Assembly (NCBI GenBank): GCA_964016885.1
Contig: OZ024743.1
Location: 333,808,001-333,872,000, forward strand
Direction of reading: 5' to 3'
Source: Eledone cirrhosa
Lineage: Eukaryota
DNA: 64,000 bases
The notes under the pieces were generated by a model. It made no database searches, had not been told where the DNA came from, and saw nothing but the letters and a program-made list of their open reading frames with translations. Shown piece after piece: positions 50,457 to 62,757 of the stretch (the first letter of the stretch is position 1; the number at the start of each line of letters is the position of its first letter). A program made the translations under genes and the position numbers.

Positions 50457-50522
50457 TCCTTAACGAGTCCTCTCTGGTCTTTGTATTTATCATTATTTCT
50501 ACTATTTAGGGCTACTGTTCAA

Positions 50523-50720
50523 AGGGCTGTGAATTGGTAGTATCGGTAGAGGGATGGACGTCATGCTTTCTACTATAGTTACGTCCCTTTACGGTCTGAG
50601 TTCAAATCCTGTCGAGGTTAACTTTGCCTTTCATCCTTACGGGGTCGATAAAATAAAGTACCAGTAATACAGTGGGATAATTGCTGGCCTTGTGCCAAAA
50701 GTAGAAACAATTATTTCTAC
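50523..50720 (+). mobile_element. tRNA-derived SINE with Nin/Deu-like domain
   Basis: gagttcaaatcc B box followed by gcctttcatccttacggggtcgataaaataaagtaccagt. Confidence 0.8.
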
Positions 50721-50934
50721 TATTTCTTATATCTTATAAACTGGTATAAGCACCTGAAGAAAGACCACTAATCTGATGCCTCTTGTATTCTGGAAATATG
50801 GTCAATATTGGATCTTGAAACCTTAGGTAGCGCTTTTGTTCCGTGTATGGACATAAATAAATAATATAATATATCAGCTCTCTTCCTCATTGAGCACTAC
50901 TTTCCGTTTTCCTTTTCACACCTAATTGATATAG

Positions 50935-50984
<50 letters not shown>

Positions 50985-52089
50985 TCACCCTCTCTCTCTT
51001 TCTCTCTCACACACATATATATATAATTATGTGTTGTTATTTGAGGGGCCCACCTAACCTGAACTGCCTCGGGTACCCCAAGGTCTAAATCTGGTCCTAT
51101 ATAATACACTAGATTTATCATACACAATGTGAAATGTCTCACTTCATCGCCATGTTGTGTAGGTTGCTTTATCACGAATCTATCTGCATGTGTTTTGAAA
51201 GAATAGATTTATAGATTTATTTTAAGGTTCTAGATTTGTTTATATCCGTTTTTATTCCATGGCCGTTAAAGGAATATTTGTAATGTTTATAATGTAATGT
51301 TCGTGAACATTAAGTATAATCAGATTTCTGCTTTGTCATTGACTTAAACTTATCTTTCAGTTCTTTCGTCATAGTTTTACTCTGTGGACATCAAGATGTA
51401 AGTATATTTCTGTATAAGGCTTTATGCATTTTCCTCCCTCGTGCATTCGTTATTCAGAAGTCGTTTAAAATTGTTTATATCAGTTCATCAGGATTAGATT
51501 GTTTATTCTTATACAGAAACTGTGTAATATGACAACTACAGCTTGAAAAAGTCTGTCTGATCTAAGTATATTTCTGTATAAGGCTTTGTGTATTTTGTAT
51601 CAGGAAATATGGATGACGTTTGATGTAGGAATTATAGATGATGTCTCGGATCTAGTATAGATATTTAGTTTGTAATTAGCTTTGTTTTAATGAGTATGTT
51701 ATTTACGTACAGGGACATTCAATGATTACTTTGCGTTTGTTCTAGGCGTATCTACGTTCAGATTTATGTATTTGACGGTCCTATTTGCTTAATTACATAA
51801 ATACCTATTCTAATAGGTATTTTAATTAAAAAAATCAATTGATTGTTATTTAGTATTATATTTAAATAAGCCAAATAAATAATCTGACATCACAGCTCCA
51901 AACGGAAAAAATGGCAACCACCGAATACATGGACATAAAACGAGGAAGATATAATATAAGTCATAGATGAAATGAGCGTCAAATCAGTTTCTGGTCCTAT
52001 TTAGTTCCCAGAAATCCTTTAAAAAAACCTTCAAAGCCACTACAGATCCTTTCAAAGCTTCCGCGTAAGTAGTAAGCCCTCTGGAAAGG

Positions 52090-52400
52090 TAAATGAAGGC
52101 ATAATGACCCCTATCAATACAGGATGAAGCAGAGTAGATGCTAAACATTACAGATCTATCACTCCGATTTCACATTTTAGCCAAGTTATGGAACGAGTTA
52201 TCACAAAATAACTGATCTTTTTTCTGGAAGAAAATGTTCTCCTAACTGAGCTCCAGCACGATTTTCGTCCAGGTAGAAGCTGTATTACAGAGCTTATACA
52301 GTATTATGACTGGGTGCTAAACCGACCAAACATAGATGTAATATATCTCGACTTTGCAAAGGATTTCGAGAAAGTTGAACATAGAATGACGCGGTCTCGG
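52090..52400 (+). pseudogene. CR1-like reverse transcriptase fragment
   Basis: Degenerate translation YRSIT..S...VMER...QHDFRPGRSC...DVIYLDFAK.F.KV.H. Confidence 0.7.
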
Positions 52401-52469
52401 CATAATTAGAAAATAAGGAGAGGGTCTTCGGAGTAGCGTTACTCGATAGAGTGCGTAGATTGGAGATGA

Positions 52470-52893
52470 GAGAGTCACTACAGGTAGAGCCGCTACTTCT
52501 CCGAATTGAGAGATCATAGTTCTGATACTGTGGACATGTGGTTAGAATGTCTCAGAAAAGAATCGCTGGGCAGATTTTACGGGCAAAACCAATCGGCAGG
52601 AGACCCAGGGGTAGACCCTGAGCAAGATGGTTGGATAACATCAATGAATTCGGCTGGTTTCACGCGGGGATCCAGCAGGATCAGTTGGAGACTGTTGCAT
52701 TGACAGGACATAATGGAAGAAGTGTTTGAGAATTCTTCCGCCACGCCCCTCTCAGAAATAAGTGGGTGAAGAAGAAGAAGAAGAAGAAGAAGAAGAAGAA
52801 AAAAGAAGAAGAAGAAAAAGAAGAAGAAGAAGAAGAAAAAGAAGAAGAAGAAGAAGAAGAAGAAGAAGAAGAAGAAGAAGAAGAAGAAAAAGA
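52470..52893 (+). mobile_element. RTE-like LINE 3' fragment with (GAA)n tail; related fragment at about 47690-47835
   Basis: Degenerate LQVEPLLLRIERS...GHVVRM...RRPRGRP..RW.D followed by (GAA)n. Confidence 0.65.
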
Positions 52894-52947
52894 AGGGCTG
52901 TATAATAGACAGAAACCAGATTGTTGCAGCCAATTCGCCGCCTTGTG

Positions 52948-52979
<32 letters not shown>

Positions 52980-53019
52980 TGTATGTATGTATGTATGTAT
53001 GTATGTATGTATGTATGTA

Positions 53020-54030
53020 TCATCTTGGTCAAGAGAGTGGGACTGGCTTTGTGCAGTGCCTTTGATCACTATAAAAGCTTCACGGCACAGGCATTGCTTT
53101 ATATCTGGAGATCTCTCTGCACTTGTCGTCACATGGTACCATGGGCCCAGCACTATGTGTCAATAATTGTCACAAGTGTAGTGTTTGTACCAGAGTTTTC
53201 AAGTCACTGGCTGGACTAAAAAGTCACACTCGTTCAGCGCATCGGTAGGGGTTCTCCTAGATGGATATAAAGTAGTGGCCGTACTCGAAAAGGAGTTGGC
53301 AGCCACCATGTATGTATGTATGTATGTATGTATGTATGTATGTATGTATGTATGTATGTATGTATGTATGTATGTCAGGTCACCAGTTGGTGCTACTGGT
53401 AATATGTATCCCAGTACAACCCGTCTCATGGTCGGGTCATTGGCGACTAAACTGGCAACCCCACCAAGGTTTCTTGGTGAGGAGGGTGACTTTGGACATC
53501 CTTCAGGACTAAAAACAAAACCTGTCAAAGGGAAAAGGAGCTCTTAAGAGTCAATGGCCATCCAAAATCACCGGGAGAGATGACCCCTTAGCCTTTGTCA
53601 AGGCAGAATTCTAGGAGAAGGAAAACTCTGATATAACACCTGCAACCCTGATGGTATCCAATGATGTTGACTTGTTCTTCTTTTTGGTAAATATCATCTT
53701 GGTTAAGAGAGTGGGACTGGCTTTGTGCAGTGCCTTTGCTCACTATAAAAGCTTCACGGCACAGGCATTGCTTTATATCTGGAGATCTCTCTGCACTTGT
53801 CGTCACATGGTACCATGGGCCCAGCACTATGTGTCAACAATTGTCACAAGTGTAGTGTTTTTACCAGAGTTTTCAAGTCGTCTTTCATCGCATCGGTAGG
53901 GGTTCTCCTACATGGATATAAAGTAGTGGCCGTACTCGAAAACGAGTTGGCAGCCACCATGTATGTATGTATGTATGTATGTATGTATGTATGTATGTAT
54001 GTATGTATGTATGTATGTATGTATGTATGT
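53020..54030 (+). mobile_element. Tandem RTE-derived short elements separated by (TATG)n
   Basis: 53020-53308 repeats at 53694-53960; C2H2 finger CSVCTRVFKSLAGLKSHTRSAH; both end gcagccacc then (ATGT)n. Confidence 0.75.
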
Positions 54031-54201
54031 TTATATGTATATATCTATGTATGTACAGTATGTATGTGTGCGTTTTACACACACATACATATATCTATAT
54101 GTAAGCATAAAGAATGTGGTCAAGCGCAGAAGTCCTATAAAGATAGCTTATATAAAATAAGGCGAAGCCCCTTAAAAGACGAGAAAAGAAGTTGCCAATG
54201 G

Positions 54202-54308
<107 letters not shown>

Positions 54309-54309
54309 C

Positions 54310-54628
54310 GAGTAAGGAGCAGATATTGCAATAGCCTCGATTTCAAAGGCCCTCTGCTCTTCAACAATCTAAGAAATTTGAGAGATCTGCATGGTGTAGA
54401 CGTGGATGTTTTAGGGAAACATCTTGACACTCTGCTATCCAGGATCCTGGGTGAGTCCACAGCACGGTACGAAGGTAACCTAAGGGCAGTAGCAACGAAC
54501 TCCCTCTTACACCAATGGCCAGCCAACACAGGCTGGAGATAGAATGTGTAGCAACAAGGGCGGTGCCCCAGCATGGCCTCAGCCGGATGGCTGGAACAGG
54601 TAAAAGAGTAAAAGAGTAAAAGGTAAAA
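54310..54628 (+). mobile_element. CR1-like LINE 3' end
   Basis: RYCNSLDFKGPLLFNNL...LD.LLS.I, a 3' hairpin (cagccggatggctg) and an octamer tail (gtaaaaga)n. Confidence 0.7.
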
Positions 54629-54663
54629 GAACACACACACAGACACACACACACACACACTCA

Positions 54664-54715
<52 letters not shown>

Positions 54716-54777
54716 AAAGAGTCAAAGTCAGTGTTGCAGTATATGTACAAACTTTATTTGCCTATTACAATTGTGTG

Positions 54778-54815
<38 letters not shown>

Positions 54816-55254
54816 TGTATATATATAATATAAGATCAAAAGATGGTTAAAAGAGTTCCATGTATTATATTATGCACATTTCAAAAACAAATATCAGCAT
54901 GGGATGATATTTGCGTTCTCATCAGATAAAATAGGGAAACATGATATGAAGCTTAAAAAACATTTGCGAGCAGTGAAGTGTTAAATCAACATATGAAAAA
55001 TAAAGTAAGATGGATATATGAGATTGGGAAAAAAAGGGAGGGGGAGGGAGGAAAAGGTAAGGAAGAGGAAGAAAGAAAATAAAGGATGACAGGGGAGGAG
55101 TATAAGAAGGAAGGATGAGAGAGGAGGAGAAATGAGTGAGAGAGAGAGAGAAATAGCCTTTAAAACTGAGAAACACTGTCTCATAGAGATAAATTAAAAA
55201 AACCGTTGTAAGATAATAGATAATTTAAAAAGATTTTGAAATTAAAAGTTAATG

Positions 55255-55935
55255 AGAAACCTGGTTGAAATGTGAGCAAGGAAGGAATTTTGCACAGGTC
55301 TAACATGAGGAAGAAGGGGTCTGGTCTGCGAATTCGGTAAACATAAGTTCTGTGAAGCGCAGACGAGAGAGAGAGAGAAAAAAATTCATACCGGCTTGGC
55401 CAAGTGCCCGCGAGAAAAGGATTTACCCTTTCTAGCAGTCTCTCTCTGTTAGCCTCTTCCTCACCTTTCACTCACTCACTCTCTGTCACTACCTCTCCTC
55501 CTCCCCTTTCTTCCCGTTTGAGCTGTCCACAATCCTTTTCTCGCGGGTACTTGGCCAAGCCGGTATGAATTTTTTTCTCTCTCTCGTCTGCGCTTCACAG
55601 AACTTATGTTTACCGAATTCGCAGACCAGACCCATTCTTCCTCCCGTTAGACCTGTGCGAAATTCCTTCCTTGCTCACATTTCAACCAGGTTTGATGGTC
55701 TTTATTCTCTCGTTCACGATTCCACCGAATTTATATTCATAGAAATCTGGGACTTGTTTCCTTCTTCCTCTCTTTCTGCTGCTTAAACCATTTTGTTTGT
55801 TTACCCTCGCGTCCCCTTTATTTACGTGTCCCAACGACTTTTTTTTAACCGTTGCTCGCACCAACCTGAGGTATATGGCCTTTAATGCGACGAAATGCCT
55901 ACGACGGTTGGATGGCCACTGATGAGGACAAACTT

Positions 55936-55940
<5 letters not shown>
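55255..55940. repeat. Fold-back copy of the 25880-26670 family
   Basis: 55258-55423 mirrors 55531-55693; the right arm continues to ctgatgaggac at about 55920. Confidence 0.8.
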
Positions 55941-55977
<37 letters not shown>

Positions 55978-56060
55978 CGAAGGAAGTGTGATAGGAAGGA
56001 ACCAGGTGGACCATAACGCACCAGAGTAATCGATTCTTTGGGTAGTAGAGTGGGTAATAG

Positions 56061-56196
56061 GAAAAGAGTCAGAACCCCGTCGGCAGAGCTCAAGCCGTTT
56101 CGACAGCTATTTCTGGACGCTATTCGACAGCTATTCCCGTCCAGAAATAGCTGTCGAAACGGCTTTAGCTCTGCCGACGGGATTCTGACTCTTTTC
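56061..56196. repeat. Palindrome; same family and fold centre as 60600-60710
   Basis: gaaaagagtcagaa...ctatttctggac pairs with gtccagaaatag...ttctgactcttttc. Confidence 0.85.
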
Positions 56197-56221
56197 ATAT
56201 GTATATACAGTATATATAAAT

Positions 56222-56271
<50 letters not shown>

Positions 56272-56847
56272 TGAAAAAAAAAATCAAAAGTTTAGAAAAG
56301 TAAACATTTCTATACAAATCACTTTATATAGGGAAATAAAGATTTACAGATACACCTAATGCTTTTTATACATTTATGCACATTTACAGTACACAGCTCA
56401 ATGAAAATAAATTATTACATACGAAATCTTTAAATACATGGAGGTTATGAAAAAATTCAACAGAACCTTCTAACTACTTTACAGCTTTACTGGCTTCCCA
56501 TTTATTTCTTTATCTTTTTTTATGCTTGTTTTGCCTCCTGTTGGCCTTCCCTATTTATCTTTTTATTATGCTATTTTATTTTATTCTTAATTAACATTTT
56601 TATTTTTATATTCACTTATCTCTGTAATCTTGTATTTTGTTTCTCAAATATAAGAAATACTAGATACCTCCCCTTGTCTGTCATGGCTTATTAGCTCTAT
56701 GCGGACGTATAATTTGAAAAAAAATAATAAAACGATATAAAGAAAGTGTGTGGTGGAGGACTACCTAATTTGTTTTTGTACTGATCAGTTTCAGGTATGG
56801 AAATTTGCAAAGCTATCGATCACTGGAATCGATCAAAACAAGCTAAA

Positions 56848-57010
56848 TAATTGTTTCTACTTTTGGCACAAGGCCAGCAATTATCCCAGTGTATTACTGG
56901 TACTTCATTTTATCAACCCCGTAAGGATGAAAGGCGAAGTTAACTTCGGCTGGATTTGAACTCAGACTATAAAGCATGGCGTGGGACACAACCGATACTG
57001 CCAACCCACT
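56848..57010 (-). mobile_element. tRNA-derived SINE with Nin/Deu-like domain
   Basis: Reverse-complement match to 50523-50720. Confidence 0.75.
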
Positions 57011-57569
57011 CAATAACTAAATAGTATTTCTGAAATCATCTTTATTTAACAAAAGACATTTCAGGTTATTAACTGAGGTAACTTCGTGTTTTTTCCACAA
57101 ATTTCATCAACCTCCACACTACACGTAATGTCGTAAGATAATAACTTGGCGGTATTTTACAATTTTAAAATAAAGCCTGTATTTTTATAAATAATATTGT
57201 TTATTAAAGCTTATTATAATATGTTCATATATATTTTTGTGGTTAAGTATATTATGATTCCTCCTGTTGTATTGTAATTTCTATTCACAGTTGTATAAAT
57301 AGCTAGACATATTGTTCGCAATTCTTTCAAAATGAAAATATAAACACATATAATAAATACACTTAACTATTGCTAGGAACCTTACAAATAGAACACACTA
57401 AAATATACGATCAAAGCGAGAGAAAGAAAGAAAAAAAAAACAAAAACAACCATCAATCGGCCGTACATCAGAAGGGTCATCGGGAATTTTTGAGGCAAAT
57501 TGTTTGAGAAGTTAAACTATATTACTATTTCTTCTTAATTTTATATATATACACACACACACATTTATA

Positions 57570-58285
57570 CAGTAAGTCCCCACCTTACGAACGTCCGCAG
57601 ATACGAACAGTCTCACGAAGAAAACAACATTTTATTTGAGTTTGAAATTCGCAAGTCGAGGTTTGCTTGTTTGCCGCGCTATGGCGTGCGTGCGCACTTC
57701 CGCTACACAACTGAACCACTCACACGCAGTCTCACCACTCGTCATATCTCGCCACTCTGAGCCTATCCCAGTATGCAAGTTCCTTACATATTTTAAGGTG
57801 AGATTACATTTTCGTTGTTTTGCTGTTTTCTTCCGGGGTGGGTTCGTTTTTGTGGGCTCTTTCGAGCCCTGGGTTCTATATTTTGCAGCATAAAAAAAGG
57901 GTTCCTTTTTTGTAGCATTAAAACAAACCGAAATCGTACCTACGTTATAGGATACCATTCAGCTTTGAAAAAGTACTTTTTTCTATAACAATTTATTGTC
58001 ATTAGCTTTACAGTATTTAAATTCATTATTATATGTAAGGGCGGTGGATTGGCAGTATCGGTAGAGGGTCGGACGCCATGCTTTGCAGCAAAGAGTTATG
58101 GCCCTTTATGGTCTGAGTTCAAATCCGAAAGTAGAAACAATTATCATATGCTATACAAATAACATATACTGTATATATATCACTCACACGGAAACCTGCT
58201 GTATCAATGTAACATACATGGGCTTACGAACAATTCAACGAACGACTTCTTGGAACCTAACTCGTTCGTAAGTTGGGACTTACTG
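57570..58285. mobile_element. pogo/Tigger-type (Tc1/mariner superfamily) non-autonomous DNA transposon with a nested SINE fragment at about 58039-58145
   Basis: TA|CAGTAAGTCCCCACCTTACGAAC ... GTTCGTAAGTTGGGACTTACTG|TA terminal inverted repeats with TA duplication. Confidence 0.82.
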
Positions 58286-58289
58286 TATG

Positions 58290-58331
<42 letters not shown>

Positions 58332-58444
58332 TACAGACACGCATATATATTTAGGCATATTTGTATATGAATATATATTATATATATATATTTATGTGAT
58401 TATATATGTATAATATATATACTTATATATATGTGTATATTGAT

Positions 58445-59780
58445 ACCGAAACTAACCGAATGGAGAGCATCCAACAGATAGCTAATTCCACACACCAGAG
58501 CATAACAGTAACTATTGACTACCCTTCCAAACACCCTAACAATAGACTGCCAATATTAAACACTGAACTCTGGATAAACACTATAAACGAGAAAATCCAA
58601 ATTCTCCACTCACATTATGCTAAACCCATGGCCTCCAAATACCTTAGACACAAAAACTCAGCGAAGTCCAATAGTGATGAGTTTAATATTCTGATCACAG
58701 ACTTGGGAAGAATGATGAAGAATATGTCCCGCATGTGCGACACAACTGAACTGGAAAGACACATACAACACTTCATCAATCGCATGCAATTCTCTGGCTA
58801 CAACCAGAGACAGAATCAGGGTTTAAAAAGGACCCACGGAGAAATATAAAATCCTCATAGAAATGGACATGAAAGGGATTTGCCCATTGTACAGGAATAG
58901 CATAGATAGGACTAAACATAAGATAGGGAAAGCCTCTTCATGGTACGACAACCAGAGATACCACAGTGTCATGTTCATAGATGCAACTCCTGGAGGAGAA
59001 TTAGCTAACCAATTTAGAAAGACCCTAAGAAAGACGCATTTAAAGACTAAAGTGGTAGAAAAGCCAGGAACTACCATAAAATCCCTGATCAGCAAAACAT
59101 ACCCCCTTAAAAATCCCACTGTACTAATAAGAAATGTGTTATATGTAGAATCAATGAATTGTAAAACTAGAAATGTAGCCTATAGCATAAGCTGTACAGA
59201 GGGTACTTGCAGAAACATGACAACGACATAAATAGGTGAGACAGCTGGAAGCATAGGGGAGGGATAGACCAACACTGGGGTAAACTAAAAGGACAAAAAG
59301 ACGGTTCGGTACTATATGAACACGCCAGACAAAGACATGAGGGTAATATAGACAACGCAGAAATTAAAATAATATTAAAACATAGAAATGACTCAACAGG
59401 TAGACAAATCAGAGAAGCAACTGAAATAGAACTAAGAAAACCGAAGTTGAACAGAAAAAATGAATGGAATAACAACAACAACAATACAAAAACACACAAT
59501 ACTGACCTAAGATAAATATAAATAAATAAATATACACAGGTACAATCACAACCACACATAAACACACACACTAGTGAACAAAGATAGAATACAAAGACAC
59601 ACAGACTCAGATACGAACACACACACCAACAGAAAACACAGACACAAACGCATGCGCAAATAGAGACAAGAATAAATAAAAAAAATAATAAGATAGCGTA
59701 GACATTACAATACAACGGGAAGAAACACAATACTACCACTGATGTTGTCACAGGTGTGTGAGGAAAGAACTTTGATAGAC
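58445..59780 (+). mobile_element. Penelope-like element 3' part: RT thumb/linker, GIY-YIG endonuclease (decayed) and degenerate hammerhead at 59733-59778
   Basis: RLPILNTELW..HYAKPMAS, TPGGELA, NCKTRNVAYSISC, IGETAGSIGERIDQH, RQIREA..I...P.LN.K.EW; ctacca-CTGATGT-tgtcac..gtga-GAAA..tgatag. Confidence 0.8.
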
Positions 59781-60407
59781 TATATATATGTATATTTATA
59801 TCTATATTTTTAACCGCTGGTCAATCAATGATAAACATTGATTGCCAGGTAAATTAAAGATACAGAAGGGAAAACCAATCCAAACCAGACACTGAGTGTG
59901 TTTTATTATTATTTCTGGCAATATTATAACAATATGACCCTCCCCTAATATAACAATATTTGTTTCAACAGACGATTTCATATCAAAAACCTTGCAAAAC
60001 AAATATATATATATGTGTATATATATGCAATTACAGATTGACAAACACATACATTTTATAGGTGTTCCATTAAAACGAATCGTACTGACTTCAGTACAAA
60101 ACAGTCACCACTTATATACGGTATTTGGCTATTTATGCAACATTTGACTGCTTTCCCGCAGAGAATCAAACACCAATATTCTATGCAATGAGGAATCAAT
60201 ATTTCTTTGTATAAATTCTTTCAACCAAAGCCATTGACAGAATACTTTATATTTACGTACGTTTTCTTCCCAATCAAACCATATTTATCTCTCTACTGGA
60301 CACTAATATGACTATAATAGTACTTCCTATGGCAGCAGCAGCTGTTTGTGTGTGTGTGTATGTATGTATAGATATACATCTACACATTCATATATATATA
60401 TATATAG

Positions 60408-60532
<125 letters not shown>

Positions 60533-60599
60533 CATATATATATGTATATGTATATATATATCTCTCTCTCTCTCTCTATATATATATATAGGAAAATGT

Positions 60600-60797
60600 A
60601 TGACTCCGACGGCAGAGCTCAAGCCGCGTTTCGACGGCTATTTCTGGACGACTATTTCTGAGTCCAGAAATAGCCGTCGAAACGGCTTGAGCTCTGCCGT
60701 CAGGGTCATACTTTTTTCTATTTCCCACTCTTCTACCCTAAGTATTGAGTACTCTGGTGCGTTATGGTCCATCTGGTTCCTTACCATAATTCCTTTG

Positions 60798-60800
<3 letters not shown>
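60600..60800. repeat. Palindromic element of the 55975-56196 family
   Basis: tgactccgacggcagagctc... pairs with ...gagctctgccgtcagggtca; the unpaired tail matches the reverse complement of 55980-56060. Confidence 0.8.
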
Positions 60801-60831
<31 letters not shown>

Positions 60832-61099
60832 ATATATATATACATATATGTATATATATATATATATATGCCTACATATGTAAATATTTTCTATCCATAT
60901 ATGTACATGTTTATATGTGAATATCTTATACACAGACACTCTTATCTACATATATTTGGTTTTGATAGAGCCACATGTGTGTCTGGACAAAAGTCATCCA
61001 ATACATATATGTATATATTACAATACTACAAACCACCGCTTGGCATAATTCTATAGATATATGGAAATATATTCAACGTATTGCTTGCTTTTATATAGT

Positions 61100-62050
61100 A
61101 TGTATGTATGTTATCTCTTTCTCTTAATTTCGAGTATATTTTTTTGACCGGCCACCTTCCTGGTGGCAAGCTTGTAAAAGAAAAGAAATTGTCATCCCTT
61201 GAATCGCAAGAATGTTTTGCAAATTTTGAAGTTGCCAGCTATCGCAGCCATTTGTAGACTATGAATTAGGGAGCTGCACTCTTTGTCCGCAAATCCAAGT
61301 TCAGTCATACTTTGGTCCAAGCGGGTTGGTATATAACCCGTAGGTCCAATAATGATGGGTATGAAGCTAAAGGTGTATTTTGGATACTGGATTTGTAAAC
61401 TCATCATCAATGGTCCGTAGATGTCCCCCTTCTCCTGTATTTTTCTGACAACGTTTACATTAAGTGGGCAGCTGATCTCCACAACAGAACACGTTTTCAA
61501 TGTGTGGTCCCAAACAACAATATCAGGCCGGTTGTGCTTTAATTTGGTGGCAGTTTTTATTTTCAGGTTCCACCAGTATTCTTTAGTGCCATCTGTCTCA
61601 ATATATTCTTCCTCGTTTGTTATTAATTTTGTTTTCCGAAGTGCGTTCCAGATGGTTCTAGCTATCCGATCGTGTCTCATGGGGAGGTAGTAGCGAGATG
61701 ACATTCTTTCGCAGCTGGCAACAATGTGGCTTACATCCTCGATCTTTGTTTTACATAGCCTACATTTATTGTCAGCTGATGGCCCTCCCCTTTTGTGCAG
61801 CAGATATTTGGTAGGGAGTTCTTGTTCCTGTATTGCATAGAGATATCCCTCAAGGTGTGATGTCATAAACTTGTCGGAACTCCATGCCAGGCTTTTTGAG
61901 TGGTTTATCCCCTCTATGGTCTGTGTTTTACGTCTCAAGTATCCATGCACAACTTTTTCTGTAAATTGGTCAATTTTTTCATCTTGTTTGAACATTGAAT
62001 AGGATCGTCCGATTTATCTGGGTGAGAGATTTATATCAGGCTTTATTCCA
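61100..62050 (-). mobile_element. R4/Dong-like non-LTR element 3' fragment (CCHC plus restriction-like endonuclease)
   Basis: ORF 61192-61995: AIQEQ, CRLC..EDVSHIVASC, RHD, NRPDIVVWD, VEISCP, PIIIG; flanked by (CATA)n. Confidence 0.85.
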
Positions 62051-62186
62051 CGTATGTATGTATGTATGTATGTATGTATGTATGTATGTATGTATGTATG
62101 TATGTATGTATGTATGTATGTATGTATGTATGTATGTATGTATGTATGTATGTATGTATGTATGTATGTATGTATGTATGTATGTA

Positions 62187-62364
62187 TCATGCTTGCCAAA
62201 CATGTGGTAGAGAATGTAAATCAGCAGGAGGAGGGCTCAAACGACATGCAAAAGTACATGAACTCCAACCACAGCCGGCTATTCCCAGTGAATGTTTTGG
62301 TTGCCGACTCTGTGCAAGACATTTTAGATCGTTGGCTGGGCTAAAAAGCCACATTCGATCGTAG
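62187..62364 (+). pseudogene. RTE ORF C-terminus with two C2H2-like fingers
   Basis: CQTCGRECKS..GLKRHAKVH and CRLCARHFRSLAGLKSHIRS; 3' UTR remnant at 62651-62697 before (TATG)n. Confidence 0.7.
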
Positions 62365-62556
62365 CGCTGTTAGTTGCTATCGTGTGTGTGTATAGATATG
62401 TTTATGTGTGTGCGCGTGTGTGTATATACATATGTATATGTATATTATTATTGTTGTAGTTGTCGTTAATATTATTGTTGTTATTATTATTATTATTATT
62501 ATTGTTATTAATGTATATGTGTGTATGTATATATATATGTGTGTATATATGTATAT

Positions 62557-62588
<32 letters not shown>

Positions 62589-62757
62589 TTCTTTTTTTTT
62601 ATTTTATTTTCTTTTTTATTTATTTATTAATATATATATATATTTTTCTCCTCGTGCAATGGCCATACTCGATAACGAGGGGGCAGCCATAATCATCATG
62701 TATGTATGTATGTATGTATGTATGTATGTATGTATGTATGTATGTATGTATGTATGT

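Noticed and set aside
51361-51398. Possible host micro-exon (tttcag|...|gtaagt)
   Set aside because: Lies in what looks like a decayed minus-strand Penelope-like fragment; no other supporting exons.
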